Assembly: GCA_976551045.1 (NCBI GenBank)
Contig: CDPCPM010000215.1
Location: 3,844,001-3,908,000, forward strand
Length of the DNA: 64,000 nt
From: Glaucostegus cemiculus
Lineage: Eukaryota
Direction of reading: 5' to 3'
Shown here one piece after another: positions 47,914 through 62,593 of the stretch. The notes below the pieces were generated by a model. That model did not search any database. It saw nothing but the letters and a program-made list of their open reading frames with translations, and was not told the origin of the DNA. The position numbers and the translations under genes are program-made. Each line of letters starts with the position of its first letter. Position 1 is the stretch's first letter.

Positions 47914-49994
47914 TGTCTAACCTCAGAATCTATTGGTTAAGAGATTGTTGAACTCTTCATTGAGACCCCGGATGCCCTAGAAAGGGCAATGCACTTTTCC
48001 CACCTCCTTCTTCAAGTAGCCAAGTGTACAAAATGTCATTAACATTAAACTTGTAAAGTAACATATAACCAAGACCATGCTGAAGTCACACAGAGTCACT
48101 TCTACAGATACTTAAGTAAATATTCACTCCAGAGCAGGCCTGCCTCTAGAAGTCCCTGGCCTTATAGCTCGGGTGCCTGGATATTCCTCATTTGTAGAAT
48201 TACAAGTCTTGTATGAAAGTGAAAGTGTTGCAAGATGCCACATTTGCAAAACATCCACCACATGGGCATTGAATTATGGAAAACATTTATGGGCCAAAAC
48301 TCTTTGATTTGTTGACTCAATGACTTCAGCCAATTAATGTCAAGCTGAACAATGCTTATTGACTGTAATGTAATTGCAAAGGAAAGAAAGCTGCCAATGA
48401 ACAACTAGGCAAAAGGCTCAAATTCCACATATAGTAAAGCAAATGGATACAAAACCATTAGCCACAACACAAAAGGGCACTTGTCAATAAAATGCAAGTA
48501 CATCACAAAGCCAGTCATTGATTATATCATTAGTTTATCTTAGCCAAGGAAATATATTGAAGTATGAAATGCAGCACATAAAAATCCACAACAAATTGTT
48601 AAATTTATCCAGGTCACTTACCTTTTCTTGCTTGGAAACCAGAACAGCAACTTTTCTCTTTTGAGGCCTATCTCCCTCTTATGGACCTTAGTGCCAAATG
48701 CTGCTTCATTCAAAATATTGACTTTGGGCATTGGGAGCACACTCTGCGCAGAATTTAAAAAGCCAGTAGGTCCCCAGAGAGGCCTCCCACTCCTGTACAA
48801 ACTCTTGCTCATCTGCAACTCCCAGAATTCACCTGCACCAGACTGTAAGCTGCAACTCCCAGAATTCACCTGTGTCACTGTTTCCTTCTGAATCCAAACA
48901 AGAATTTACATTTATTTAGCATCATTCATATTCCTAACTCATTTAACAGTCAGTGCAATGCTCATTTAATGTAATTTCTCTAATGCAGGAAAACTAAGAA
49001 ACGATGATAATGGTCCACAGTGGCAATGATTAAAACATCAGTTGACATTTGTGACTAAGTCAGGGGTAATTATTGGTAGGAACCCTGTTTTAAGTAGTGA
49101 AATAGATCCCATACATCTTCTAGAAAGGCAACATTCCTTATTATTGCATGAAAGGATGAAGTGCAGCTATCTATACAAGTCTCTGGAAAGGGACATAGCA
49201 AAATATCTAAAGGAGTGAGACAGTATGGCCTCAACGTCAACAGATGAGAACACAATGCATTAGATTAAAAGGCTTCAAAAGACTTCTATCTAATTGCTCT
49301 TCAAAGCTAACCCAATTTAGGTTCTGCAGCAAATTAGAACCTAGGAAAGGGTTTAAAGTCTAATCATAAGGTCATATACATGGCCACTGCATTAACCCTG
49401 AGACAATGTGGTCCAAAAAACTAGAAGTTATAGAGAATGAATTTTGTGAACAGTCAGTCCAAATGCCAAACAGAAAGAAACTAGATTCAACATCTTACTC
49501 AGTACTCGGGGAGCGGATGAATGATTTGTACTTGGACTTCTATTGCTCAAGATGTGAGGTGTGTTAGACAGGGCTTAACATATGAAAATCTGCACAAATG
49601 CCTTTCCTCTGCTCATTCTGCCATTCTGGGCTAATGCTGGGAAACAGGTGCGTCATGGTGACAGCAATAACTGAGAGAGACCCAAGAGAAAGGAAGATTG
49701 GCTCTTCGATCAGGAAGTAAGGACTTTGAGGGTTGTGTCAGGCCATGGGGATGAGGGTCTTGATTTCTGCGAATGGGTTAGAGAAGCAGTTAGCAGGGGA
49801 TCTGGAGCTGGGGATCCTGAAAGACATCCACAGTAATAGGGTGGGGAAGGTTGGAACCAAAAACGAAGTAAAAAATATACGGGAGTCCTACCTACAGGAG
49901 CATCCATGCATCTGAAAATAGCCATGGACCATTGAAGGCTGGTTCCCTTTAAGTAGCACTGTTGCAGACCTCACCTATCTGTGAAGACCTACAC

Positions 49995-50390
49995 TCCAGA
50001 GTTTAGAAGGATGAGAAGTGACCCCGTTGGAACGCAAAAAAATTATAATCGGGCTTGACAGAATGCACACAGGGAGCATGTTTCCCCTGGTTGAGGTATC
50101 TAGAACCAGGGATCATAGTCTCAAAGTAAGGGATCATCCAGTCAGGACAGAGGTGAGAAGAAATCTGGTGAATATTTGGAGTTCTCTACTCAGGAGGCCT
50201 GTGGAGGTTCAATAATTGAGTATTTTCATGACAGAAATTGATAGACATTTGAAGATTAAGGGAATCAAGGGATGCGGGTTAATGCAAGAAAGCAGCTCTG
50301 AGGTTAAAGTTCAGCCATTAACTTACTGAATGGTGGAGCAGGCATGGGGTGGTGGGGAGCAGAATTCTTCTTTCTCATGTTCTCATGGTC
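49995..50390 (+). mobile_element. CR1 3' fragment
   Basis: GLDRM..GSMFPLVEVSRTRDHSLKVR...RTEVRRN followed by a CR1 UTR. Confidence 0.8.
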
Positions 50391-50532
50391 TTTATGAGGA
50401 GACCATGCTGTTTGCAGACTACAATTGCTGAAAATAATCTTAACCAGGGGATCTAAAAATGTAATTTGTACTCAACATTTGATTGTTGTAATGAATCTAC
50501 TTCCATTACTCAGTGATTGCACATGGAAAAGG

Positions 50533-50990
50533 ACATAAGAACATAAGAAATAGGAGCAGGAGTAAGTCATCTGTCCCACGAAACCTGCTCCACCATTCAA
50601 TAAGACCATGGCTGATCTGGCCATGGACTCAGGTCCAGCAACCTGCCTTTTCCCCATAACCCTTAATTCCCCTACTATGCAAGAATCTATCTAACTGTGT
50701 CTTAAGTAAACTTAATGAGGTAGCCTCCACTGCTTCCCTGGGCTGGGAATTCCACAGATTTACTACTCTCTGGGAAAAGCAGTTTCTCCTCATCTCCCCC
50801 AAATCTTGAGGCTATGTCCCCAAGTTCTAGTCTCACCTACCAGTGGAAATAACTTTCCTGCCTCTATCTTATCTATTCCCCTTTCATAATTTTATATGTT
50901 TCTACAAGATCCCCTCTCATTCATCTGAGTTCCAGTGAGTATAGTCCCAGGTGACTCAATCGCTCCTGATAGGCTAACCCTCTCATCTCC
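50533..50990 (-). mobile_element. CR1 3' fragment
   Basis: Reverse tail acataagaacataagaaataggagcaggagta..., then the ORF2 C-terminus on -. Confidence 0.85.
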
Positions 50991-52715
50991 AAAAAGTACT
51001 GTAAAATAATATTATCTCTCCTCACCTCCCCCAAAAGAATTTCTAGGCCTTATTCTATCATGACTTCAACACTTGTTCATCTATTATAAATAAAGCAGTC
51101 CATTCAAAAACATGCCTGAATTATCTATTCATTGCTGGCCCAGCCATTTCTCTTGCCATCCTCTATCCCAATGATCAGCCTTGGGAAAGGGCTGGAAGCA
51201 CAGGTCCAAGGAGGAATATTGGGATGAGCATACATATTGCACATTGCCCTCAGTGCAACAACGTCAGCTGAAGTATATACTTCTGAGCTGTATCTGAGGG
51301 ACACTTGGCAGGGAAAATAGTGGCTCCTGCAGTTGTACTGTTGGATACAAAAATATAAGCAAGACATTTCTTTGTTCAATGGTTTTGGACTTCAGCTATG
51401 TTTCACTGGAAATCATTGCAGCAAAGACAAATGGGTATTTTTCAGGAGCACTGCTTTAATATTCTAAAGCAAACAGCAGTGAATGACACTGGTGAGAGCA
51501 GTATGGTGGAATTAGTATTTGATTAGTGTTCGACACAAGCACAATTGGCCGAGTGTCTTCCTTCTACCTGCAAACCCACATAGCCTCTCCAAAGGCTGTA
51601 TTTCCCCCTGAAAGGTTAAATTAAATCTCAAACAAAAACTATCGTAACTGCAAAATTAATTAATTGACAAATATACTGATGCCAGTGTTAGGTTTTTGAA
51701 TCTAGAGATATCTCCCTTAATCCTATTTCCCTGCTTCTTTCTCAATACCCTGTTGAATTATAAAAATGGAGCTGCTCTAATCCAGTTAAATCTCGCTAAC
51801 TGAATAATATCTGCAGTAAAGCAAATGTAATATTGTGTGAAAGTCTGTCTGATGCTGGAGATTCCTGAATTAACACTGGTTTAGATTAGCAAGCTTCCAT
51901 CATATTGCAAATAAACCCTAAGGGATAAGAAAAGACTTAAATTATATGGTTACACAAAAATAAGGACTGTGATACAATTCCTTTTAAAATGGTTTAAACA
52001 GTCTTCACAGCATAGCTGCTGGGAATATTTCAGGTGCAAGTCCAGAAATCTGTGCCTTATCAACAAGTTCTTTGATTAATGTGTCGATTTCTTTAATGGA
52101 AAGACATGTTGCTCCATCATCTCCCCAAAATGCACTGAAGAGGCACATGAGGAGGATGGCATCCTGACAATTAAACAGATCTCTGCATGTTGAGACCGGA
52201 GGGGTCAGGTTGGGTACTGGGCCAAGATTATTTTCTGAAAATGCATCCATCTACAACACTGAACTCTTCTTTGAGATCTGAGAGCAAAGGCAAAATGAAA
52301 CAATCATACAATAATACAATGCAGAAAAGAGGCCATTTGACTCGCCTCACTCCTGCTAGTTTGGTGATCCTGTTTGCACTGTTCCTTGTCTTTCTTCTTA
52401 GAACTGCAAATTTTAAACACTTATCCAATTCCTTTTTGGATGTTGATATTAAATCTGCTTTAGGCTGTCCAATGCAGATGGTAAAGCACTGTGTGAACAA
52501 ATGTCATTCCTTGTCTCCATTATGCTTTGTCTGATGATTTTGAGCTGATGCCCTAACAGTGGGTATAGGGTCTCTTCATCCTCAGGTAAAAACAAGAGCT
52601 AAAGTTTTAAGTGGAACTATTTTGTGTCCCAATCATCATCTCTGGTGCTTGCATCCAGGAAGCTTCATAGGATAACTTCCAGTACCAACACTCCTGCCAT
52701 AATCTGTTCAACATG

Positions 52716-53785
52716 TTCACCTTGTTGACTCACGACTGTGAGGCCAGATCCAGCTCCAACCGCATTGTTAAATTTGCCGATGACACGACAGTGGTGGGTC
52801 TTGTCACGAATGATGATGAGTCGGACTACAGAGAGGAGGTGAAACAACTAGCCGTGTGGTGCCATGACAACAACCTCTCCTTGAATGTGGATAAAACTAA
52901 GGAGATGATAGTGGATTTTAGGAGGGGTCACCGTGTGCACGCCCCGCTGACCATCAATGGGTGCTGTGGAACAAGTACGCAGCACCAAGTTCCTGGGGGT
53001 GCACATCACCGACGACCTGACCTGGTCCACTAACATTATGGCCCTCATGAAGAAAGCTCAGAAACGCCTCTACTTCCTGCGGAGACTGAGGAAAACGTAC
53101 CCCCATCCCTCCGTCATGAAAACCTTCTATAGGGGGACCATTGAGAGCATCCTAACTCAATGTATCACTGTTTGGTTTGGAAGCTGCTCAGCTGCTGGGC
53201 AGAAGTCCCTCCAGATGATAGTTAGGGCTGCGGAGTGGATCATAGGTGTCTCGCTTCCATCCCTCGCAGACATATACAAAGACCGTTGTGTGAGGAAGAC
53301 TAAAAGCATAATGGCCGACCCTTCTCACCCCTCCCACCACCTCTTCACAATTTTGCCATCAGGGAGGAGGCTTAAATGTATCAGGGCAAGAACGACCAGG
53401 CTGAACAATAGCTTCTTTCCGCAAGCCATCAGAACATCAAACTCTCTCATCCCTCCATCTTCCTTTGTTAACACTAAGAGATGCTAGGTGCACAGAAATG
53501 CACCAGCACTTTAAATGCCCGACACCAGCCCATTCACTTTAATAACTATTTATTTATTTACCGGCCATTTTTAATTTAATCTGCGTACTAATTTAATTTT
53601 AACTTCCATAGCTTTTAATGTCTAATGTTTTGTAATGTTTATTCTGTCAAGTGTGTATGTGTGTCTCTGTTGGTTGTTATGTTATTTTATGGGACGAGCA
53701 CCTGAGGAGGACGGTATCTCGCTCCTATGCATACTATGTATATATATGGTTGTGACAATAAAAACTGATTTTGATTCTGATTCTG
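52716..53785 (+). mobile_element. Rex1/Babar retrotransposon, 5'-truncated, fairly young
   Basis: FTLLTHDC..IVKFADDTTVVGL, NLSLNVDKTKEMIVDFR, KFLGVHI, KKAQKRLYFLRRL and RTTRLNNSFFPQAIR, with one frameshift. Tail gtgacaataaaactgattttgattctgattctg. Probable TSD AACATG at 52710-52715 and 53786-53791. Confidence 0.92.
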
Positions 53786-54959
53786 AACATGCCCATCCTC
53801 ATGGTATTCTGCCTCACAAGCACTATAGACAGCATATCTATTCATCTTTATCAGCTCAGATTACTCTTGTCTGTCAACCAAAAAGCCTCTATCCACCTTC
53901 CCCCCCTTCACCTTTACCCCACCTCCACCCCAACCCTTGTCCAACACTATTGCAATTAAAAAACAAAATGGTTTGCAGAAAATATTACAATACGTTTATT
54001 GGCCCCAATGACTTTTTTCTCCCTGATCATTGTTTGGAGCAGCATTCTGGCAATTAATCTTCAATCCCTGGAGAGTCTGGCTTGATCAAAAAGATTTGCA
54101 ACTCTCCTCCAATAAAGAACTAAGGCACAGAATGCCCTTCAAAGGCAAACTATTCATGCAATAGGCAGAAAGCATCGGCTTTCAGTGAATGGATTATACT
54201 ACTTTTATTCAGCAATGGGGCATGGAAATTGCTGTCCTTTTATAAATATAGGCTGGGTTGTTTCTTCTACGACTAATTGTTGTCATTTGATATTGAGACA
54301 GGGATGACTGGCAATTCTGCTTGGACAATGTCCTTCTGGCTGCTTTCCATTTTAATTGCTCTTTGGTGCAGTGAAGTAAGCAGTTTGCAAACATTGAACA
54401 GAGAGAGGCACAGCGGTTGATATCCATCGACTACAGTCAGGGATTCTGTTCAATGAACGCCAAAGAATGACAAGCTAAGCAAAAAGGAGTAAGTGCAGTG
54501 CTTACTCTGAATGGTAATCACCACATTCCCAGCACTATCTTCACCATGTCCAAATTCCACTCACTCTCAACTCCCTCCCCTGCTTTTACAAAGTGCACAC
54601 GAGCTGAATAAAAAATGTGTCAGGATAAAATGAAGAAAATAGTGACATGATGAGAGGCTGCAAAACTCTGTAAAGTATCTAACTGTGCTTTGGGCAATGT
54701 TATTTCAGTTCTAATCCAGTGGTTGTGATTATATCTGAAGGGAAAGGTTTGGTCTCATATCCTGCATGTCTAACAATCCAAGTTGTTAACTCATACTTTT
54801 TTCCCCATCCTACCCAGTCTGGCCCAGGTTTGACTTTAGTTCTTTGCATTATTGTTCACTCTTCTGACAGGTCATTCAACAATACGAAAGAGGGTAACAA
54901 GGGATGGGCAATAAGTATTGGCCATAGAAGGAATTGTGGTTCCATATTTCCTTACAAGA

Positions 54960-55230
54960 TAGAAGGAGATCATTTTGGCACATTGAGTCTATACTGCCTC
55001 AAAGGGCAAACCTATTCCTTCACTTACTTTTTCCAATACATTTTCTCTTCACATTCCCCTCAACTCTATCCTGATTATTCCACCAGTCACTTACTCTAAG
55101 GATAATTTAAAGTAATCAGTTAACTTACTAAGCTACACGTTCTTGAGATATGGGGGCAAATCAGAGCACCCTGAGGAATCCACACAGTCACAAGGAGAAT
55201 GTGCAAACTCTAGATAGACAGTGCTGGAGA
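54960..55230 (-). mobile_element. V-SINE/HE1-like SINE fragment
   Basis: gagcaccctgaggaatccacacagtcacaaggagaatgtgcaaactc. Confidence 0.7.
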
Positions 55231-56489
55231 CGTGTCCCTTTGAAAGCCTTAAATACATCTTAATGTCAATACAAGGGTGAGGAATATTTGTTTTTCTCAT
55301 CACTTGTTTACTTTTGTTTGTTCTTACTGCCTTGTGTGGGTGCAGAGGACAAGTGGGCTCCACAGTAATACAATATACCCATATTGCGATCATTGCTAAA
55401 TCTTTTCTGACTTTTTAAGGCAAGATATTCCAGAAAGTTCCGAAATCACACTGGCCTGTGGGACCCACTGCTGTGAAATACTGCCCAACTGGAGATCATT
55501 TCAGCAAGAACTAACGTGCCCACTTATCCTTCACTCTCTTGTGGAGATGCAGTGATCAAGGCATAGTCAAGAATCAAGTCAACAAGAGTGCCAATCATTA
55601 CCAAGCCAAGGTTATTTTTGGAAAACAGGAAGAATATTGATTTTCATCAAATGTCAGGATTCAATAGTACACAATGGTGTCCAGGGTGGCTTAAAGCAGA
55701 TAAGCGTTTCTCAACCCCTCTACACCTATGAGATATGTCTCTTCTGGTTAGTGCTATTTCATTAGTAGTAATCCCCAACAGCTGAACTATGCGACATACT
55801 GCAATTCCATCAGCCAACTTGACATGTGTGACAGTTAGGTGACATATCATTTCATTAAAATATAAAGCAGCTCCTAAAAAGTATGATTTCCCCCCACATA
55901 CAGACACCTGAGGCCTTTTAAGAAGCAGATTATCTTGTTCTGTCTCATCAGGCCTGTTTTCTATTGCTGGATTATATATTACAGAAGGGAAGGTAGATTC
56001 AGCAGCTGTTGTGACAGTGTGAAAAATAATCAATGCGTCCTGGGGCTGGTATACAGCAAAACTTTTTCCAGGAAAAGGAATTAAAGTGAACAATGGGACA
56101 AGTTTTGCCCAAAATGTTGCAGTTAGGTAAGAGCTGATAATGGAGCACAAGTGTAACAGTGGCCTGCAGCATCAGTGACCCATGAGACAAAGAGTCGTTC
56201 TCCATAATATTTAGGGATCAAGGAATAGTGAAAGGGTTGAATTGAGGAGTGAAGGCAAAGTCAGATTCAGTCAGATCAGACATAGACATAGGGATTAAAA
56301 GAAGGGAGGTCAAGATGAAACAGGAAAAAGTGATAAAAAATATGCTTAACATTTACAATCTTCTGACATGATGGTTGCAAGGGTAGCTGTTTGATAATTG
56401 TTAACAATTGTGAAGTTATTGAAATGTACCCATTGCAGTGAATATAAGAACTTAAAAAATAGGAACAAGATTAGGCTATTCAGCCTACA

Positions 56490-58010
56490 GTAATAGAGCA
56501 AGACAGTACAGATACAGGCCCTTCAGCCCAACCAGTCCATGCTGACCATGTTATCCACCTAGTTAGTCCCAATTTCCTGCACTCAGCACATATCCCTCCA
56601 GGTCCCTCTCCTCCATGTACATACCCAAGTACTTCTTCAATGATACTATTGTACCTGCCTCAACCACTTCCTCTGGCAGCTTGTTCCATTTACTCACCAC
56701 CCTCTGCGTAAAAAAGTTGCCCCTCAGGTCTTTTTAAATCTTTTTCTTCTCACTCTAAATCTATGATCCTAATTTTGGACTCCTGTATCTTGGGGAAAAA
56801 TTTGTTACCATCCACCTTATCTCTGCCTCTCATAACTTTAAACACTTCAATAAACTTGTCACTTGTTCTGCTACATTCCAAGGAATAAAGACTTAGCCTG
56901 GCCAACCTCTCCCTATAACTTAGGCCCTCTAGTCCTGGCAACATCCTCATATATCTTTTCTACACTCTTTCCAGTTCAACCACATCTTTCCTATAACAAG
57001 GTGACCAAAGCAGTACACAGAACACTAAGTGTGGCCTCACCAATGACTGATAAAACTGCATCATAATGTCGCAACTCCTATACACAGTGCCCTGACTAAT
57101 AAAGGCCAGAATGCTAAATGCCCTCTTCACCACCCTGTCGACATGTAACACTGCTTTCAATGAGCCATATACTTGTACTCCAAGGTCCCTCTGTTTCATT
57201 ACACACCTGGTGCCCTACCATTCATAGTATAAGTCCTGCGCTGGTTTGACTTTCCAAAATGCATCACCTCAACTTACCTGTATTGAAATCCATGTGCCAC
57301 TGCTTGGCCCACTTCCCTAACTAATCAAGTTCCACTTTTATCTACGATAACCTTCTTCACTTTCAACAACACCTCCTAACCTTCTAATGTCATGTCACCT
57401 GAAAACCTGTTGATCGAGTCTTGTGCATTCGCATCCAAATCATTTATATAAATAATGACTAACAAGGGTCCCAACACCGACCCCTGTGGTGCGTCACTAG
57501 TCACCAGTCTCCATTCCAAGAAACAACCTTCAACCACCACTCTCTGCTCCCTACATCTGAGCCAATTTTGAATCCACATAACTAGCTCTCCCTGGATTCC
57601 ATGGGACCTAAATTTCCAGACCAGCCTGCCATGTGGGACCTCATTGAACCCCTTGCTAAGGTCCAAATAGACAACATCCACTTCCCTACCCTCATCCACT
57701 ATTTTAGTTACCTTTTCAAAGAACTCTAAAAGATTTGTCAAACATGACTTCATACGCACAAAGCCATGCTGACTCCTCCTTATCAGACTCTGTCTATCCA
57801 AATGTTGGTAGATCCTGTCCCTCAGAATTCACTCCAGTAATTTCCCCACCACTGATGTCAGGCTGACTGGCCTGTAGTTCCCCGGCTTTTCCTTGCTACC
57901 CTTCTTAAACAATGGAATGACATCTGCCACCATCCGGAGCTTCACCAGTGGCTAACTATGAAGCAAATATCTCCACAAGAGCCTTGGCAATTTCTTTTCT
58001 AGCCTCCCAC
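56490..58010 (-). mobile_element. CR1 LINE, 5'-truncated, degenerate RT
   Basis: SQHGFVRMKSCLTNLLEFF, VDVVYLDLSKGFNEVPHGRL, PQGSVLGPLL, QRDLGVQV and LVRPHLVFCVLLWSP, plus a 3' tail at about 56500. Confidence 0.92.
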
Positions 58011-58054
58011 AATGTTCTCCCACAAGCTCCATGTGCTTGCTCTGCCATTCAATT

Positions 58055-59157
58055 GAGTTTGGGATCAAGGAGGCCTTGCTAAACTGGAGTCAATATAAAT
58101 CGGCGATGAATCCCTCCACTAGGTGGAATCATATCTGCACAAAGGAAGATTATTTGTGGAGGTTGAAAGTCAACCACCTCAGCCACAGGACATCTCTGTA
58201 GGAATTCCTCAGAGTGGTGTCCCAGGCCCAGCCATCTTCTGCTGCTTCGTCAATGACCTTCCTTCAATTGTAACGTCAGGAGTAGGAATGTTCGCTGATG
58301 ACTGCCCGATGTCCAGCGCAATTTGCAACTCCTCAGATAATGAAGCAGTGCACATCCAAACGCAGCAAGACCTGGGCAATATGCAGGCCTGGGCTGATAG
58401 GTGGCGTAACATTTATGCAACATAAGTGCCAGATAATGACAATATATGACAAGATAAAATCCAGATTTCACCCCCTTAACATTCAATGGTATGACAACTA
58501 CTGAATCTATATCCTGGGGTTACCACTGACCCGGAACTGAACTGGAGTAGCCATTTACACCGTGTGGCTACATGAGCAGGTCAGAGGCTCAGAATCCTGC
58601 ATCAAGTAACTCACCTCCTACTTCCCCAAAGTCTGTCTGCCACCCACAAGGCTCAAGTCTGAAGTGTGATGGAATACTCGCCACTTGCTTGCATGAGTGA
58701 ACATTCAACAACACTCAAGAAGCTCCACACCATACAGGACATAGCAACACGTGTGAAAGGCACCCCATCCACAACCATTCACTCACTCCACCACTGGTGC
58801 ACAGGATCAGCAGTTTATACCGTCTGCAGGATGCACTGCAGCAACTCGCCAAGACAGCACCTTCCAAACCCATAACCTCTAGAAGGACAAGGGCAGCAGA
58901 AGCATAGGAACACCACCATCTGGATGTTGCACTCCAAGGCACACCCCATCCTGACTTTATATATACTGCAATTCCTTCATCATCGCTCCTGGAACTCCCT
59001 CCCTGACAGAATTGTGGGTGCACCCACACCTCAAGGACTGCAGCACTTCAAGAAGGCAGCTGACCAGCACTTTTTCAAAGGCATTTAGGGACAGGCAATT
59101 AAATGCTGGCTCAGCCTGTGAAGCCCACATCTCTTGAATGGATATATAGAATAAAAA
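58055..59157 (+). mobile_element. CR1/L2-clade LINE (second family), 5'-truncated
   Basis: GIPQSGVPGPAIFCCFVNDLP..MFADDC, QQDLGNMQAWADRW and VMEYSPLA; tail aaatgctggctcagcctgtgaagcccacatctcttgaatg...aataaaa. Confidence 0.85.
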
Positions 59158-59449
59158 GATCATGGTCGATTGTTTATCTCAGCACCACTTTCTTGTTCTA
59201 CTTTCTTAACATCCAAATATCCATTGACAACTGAACTCTTAATTACCATAGTTAAGTTTGTATGGTGAGCTCAGTGGGCAATTAATATGCAAATATAGTA
59301 AGTGTGAAAATTACAAAGAGGTTAAGTGGGATGTCATCTCTCCAAAGGATTGTGAACTTTCCAGGAACTTATGGCAATGCACAGACCCTGGGTATCTCTA
59401 CTTCACTGCAGGTAGCAGGCTGACTTGTAATAACTTGTAATAGCTGATT

Positions 59450-59905
59450 GTGATAGCTCACCAGTGCTTCTACTTCCTCAGGAGGCTAAAGAAATTTGGC
59501 ATGTCCCCATCGACCCTCACCAATTTTTATCAACGCACCATAGAAAGTGTCCTATTTGGATGCATTATGGTTTGGTATGGCAACTGCTCTGCTTATGACC
59601 ACAAGAAACTGATGAGAATTGTACACAGCTCAGCACATCACGGAAACCAGCCTCCCCTCTATGGACTCTCACTGCCTCGGTAAAGCAGCCAGCATAATCA
59701 AAGATCCCACCCACCCCAGATATTCTCTCTTTCCCCCCTCCCATTGGGCAGAAGATACAAAAGGCTGAAAGCATGTACCACCAGGCTCAAGGACAGCTTC
59801 TATCTTGCTGTAATAGGACTATTGAACGACTCCCTAGTATGACCTCAAAATCTACCTTGTCATGACCTTGCACTTTATTGTCTACCTGCACTGCTCTTTC
59901 TCTGT
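59450..59905 (+). mobile_element. Rex1/Babar 3' fragment
   Basis: AHQCFYFLRRLKKFGMSPSTLTNFYQRTIESVL; closely parallels 6180-6660. Confidence 0.9.
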
Positions 59906-60009
59906 TCTTTCCTCACCTGTGTTTTTTCTCCATTTTCCTCAAAATTTCAAGAGTAAATGATAACACAGATTCAGTAGCATGATACCCCTGTAACTTATTA
60001 TACAACTCT

Positions 60010-60325
60010 GAAGGAGATCATTCAACACATCTGTCCCATGCCAACTCCCATCCACTCCATTTTCCCTCTCCTTATTTCCCTGTAGCCAAGTAAATTATTC
60101 CCATTCACATGCTCATCAATTCCCCTTTGATTACTTACTTCCACTAAGGGGTAATTTATGGTGACTAACTAAACTACTGACCCAGTTGCTTAGGAAACTG
60201 GAGTGCCTCAGAGAAACCCACATGGTCACAGGGAGAATGTTCAAACTCCACACAGAGGTCGGGGTCGACCCTGGATCACTGGAGCTGTGAGGTAGCAGGA
60301 CTAATTGCTGTGTCAGTGAGCCACT
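60010..60325 (-). mobile_element. V-SINE/HE1-like SINE
   Basis: ggaaactggagtgcctcagagaaacccacatggtcacagggagaatgttcaaactccacacag...ctggagctgtgagg. Confidence 0.75.
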
Positions 60326-60622
60326 TTTGGCTTAAAGAATTAAATTACAAAGGCAGCTTGTGTGGACAAGGCTTGCGTATCTGTGGGTATAAAATAGCAA
60401 GGAGTAATTGAATCAAGGGACTTAAAATGATAAGGGGATTCAACTGGGAACATAAAGAGAAACTATTTGCTCTTGTGGGAGAGCTGAGAAAAAATGGGTC
60501 TTAAAATCAGAACTAGCTTGTTGAGTATTTTTTACAGCGTAGTGCAAACTTGAAACTTTCCCTGTAAATTAAAAACCTAATTTTTTAGGTAACAGTACCA
60601 GAGAATGTGTAGTTATATGCTT

Positions 60623-60886
60623 TAGGGTGAAAGGGGAAAGGTTTAGGGGGAATATTAGGGGGAACTTCTTCACTCAGAGAGTGGTGGGAGTGTGGAACAA
60701 GCTGCCATCTGACATGGTAAATGTGTGCTCACTCTTAAATTCTAAGAATAAATTGGATAGATACATGGATGGGAGGGGTCAGGAGGGTTATGGACTAGGT
60801 GCAGGTCAATGGGATGAGCGGAATAAAGTTTTGGCACAGACTAAAGGGCAGAATGGCCTGCTTTCTGTGCTGTAGTGTTCTATGTT
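60623..60886 (+). mobile_element. CR1 3' end
   Basis: KGERFRGNIRGNFFTQRVVGVWNKLP...KLDRYMD with tail gtgttctatgttc. Confidence 0.9.
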
Positions 60887-61994
60887 CAAACAAGGTTTTT
60901 GTGGGTCACTTCCACAGGGGTCTTGCTGCTTCTGAAGCAGCTCTTTCACTCTGGACTTAACGTTTTACTTGTCAGGTGCTAAGAATTCTGAGATGGCCCA
61001 AAATTACATGGAATTTTACAGGTGTTTATACTTCACATGGGCTTCCTGTCCCCTCTTTGTAACTAATCTCCCCAGGATACGTTTCCATTCCTCTCTCCCT
61101 TATCCACCTTCCCCTTAATACACTGGTCTACTCCCTGCAGTAGTGAGTCCCGCAGTCTCTTAGGAAAGAAGCTACTCTTAATTTCCTTTTTTGAATATCC
61201 TGTCCTCATGAATGTGAATTTTGGATGCCTGTCTGGAAGTGACCTACCCTAGTTCCACATGTGCTTCTTCACCCCACACTGCTTGCACAAGCACAATAGC
61301 TCCCCACACTTCACAGCATAAACACAGCCCCTTGAAATCACAATCCTTCTTTAAATGAAGTTATACAAATAAAAATATCTCATTAAAATTCTCATTAAAA
61401 ATCACATTTGTGTGTGACATTAAAGTGCTACCAAAACTCAATTTGCAATGAGCTACGCTGGAGAAGCCAATTATTTGGAGACTCAATTTGTAATGTCAAG
61501 AGATTAAATCAAAGAAATGCAATAGAATCAAAGGAACTTGAATGTAATGTGACCATGGGCATACTCCCAGGACAGCCACCTTTCATTTGCTTTCATTTCG
61601 TTCTGTGATCGCGACATCCTGAGATGTAATCTCATACAATTGTACACATTTTCCATCTTTATACAAGTGATGATACCACTTGTATATCAACTCCTCCTGG
61701 CAACAGCTTGGCATTACATAATATTTGGCCTAAATTTTGAGAATGAGTATCTTAACCATTCATTGCACTTAAATTGGGCCCACAAATTTTCTGAGCTTTT
61801 GCATTGCATCTGAGAGTCATTCCAATGTTCTCCAGATGTAGTGCCTTCCACAGGAGATTGGAACTTAAGTGACAAGCAACAGAGTACCCACCCAATCATT
61901 CAGATTCCAGCATCAGTGCTGAGCAGTGTAAGGTCTGAACCAAGGAATGTAAATCAGAGAATTTAATTCAATGCCAAATTAGGTACAGCAAAAT

Positions 61995-62415
61995 AGAGTC
62001 ATAGAACACTACAGCACAGAAACAGGCCCTTTGGCCCATCTAGTCCATGCCAGCCTGGTTTTATGTCTAGTCCCATCTACCTGCACCTAGACCATAGCCC
62101 TCCATACCTCTCTCATCCATGTACCTATCTTAAATGTTACAGTTGAACCCTCATCCACCACCTCCGCTGGCAACTCATTCCACACGCACCACCCTCTGAG
62201 TGAAATAGTATCCCCTCAGATTCCCCTTAAATATTTCACCTTTCACCCTAAGCCTATGACCTCTAGTTCTAGTCTCACCCAACCTGAGGGGAAAAAGCCT
62301 GCAGGTATTCACCCCATCTATACCCCTCATAATTTTCTATACTTCTATCAGACCTCCCCTTGTTCTCCTACTCTCCAGGGAATAAAGTCCTAACCTATTC
62401 AACATGTTCCTGTAA
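61995..62415 (-). mobile_element. CR1 3' end
   Basis: agagtcatagaacactacagcacagaaacaggccctttggccc...accctctgagtgaaa. Confidence 0.85.
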
Positions 62416-62593
62416 TTGAGAGAGAGAGGGAGAGAAAGAATTCATAGATTCATAGAGAGAAAGAAGGATTGGATTTAGTGAGATTAATAGAGAAAAAAAC
62501 AAATAATTTTAAAATCTGAAAAATTGAAGCACTGCATGACTAAAACTAAATTTTCAAAACCAGAGCATTTGTTATGAATTAAGATTTATTACA

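Noticed and set aside
55647-56150. 167-aa minus-strand ORF in non-repetitive DNA
   Set aside because: No recognisable domain, a non-ATG start, and no convincing splice context.
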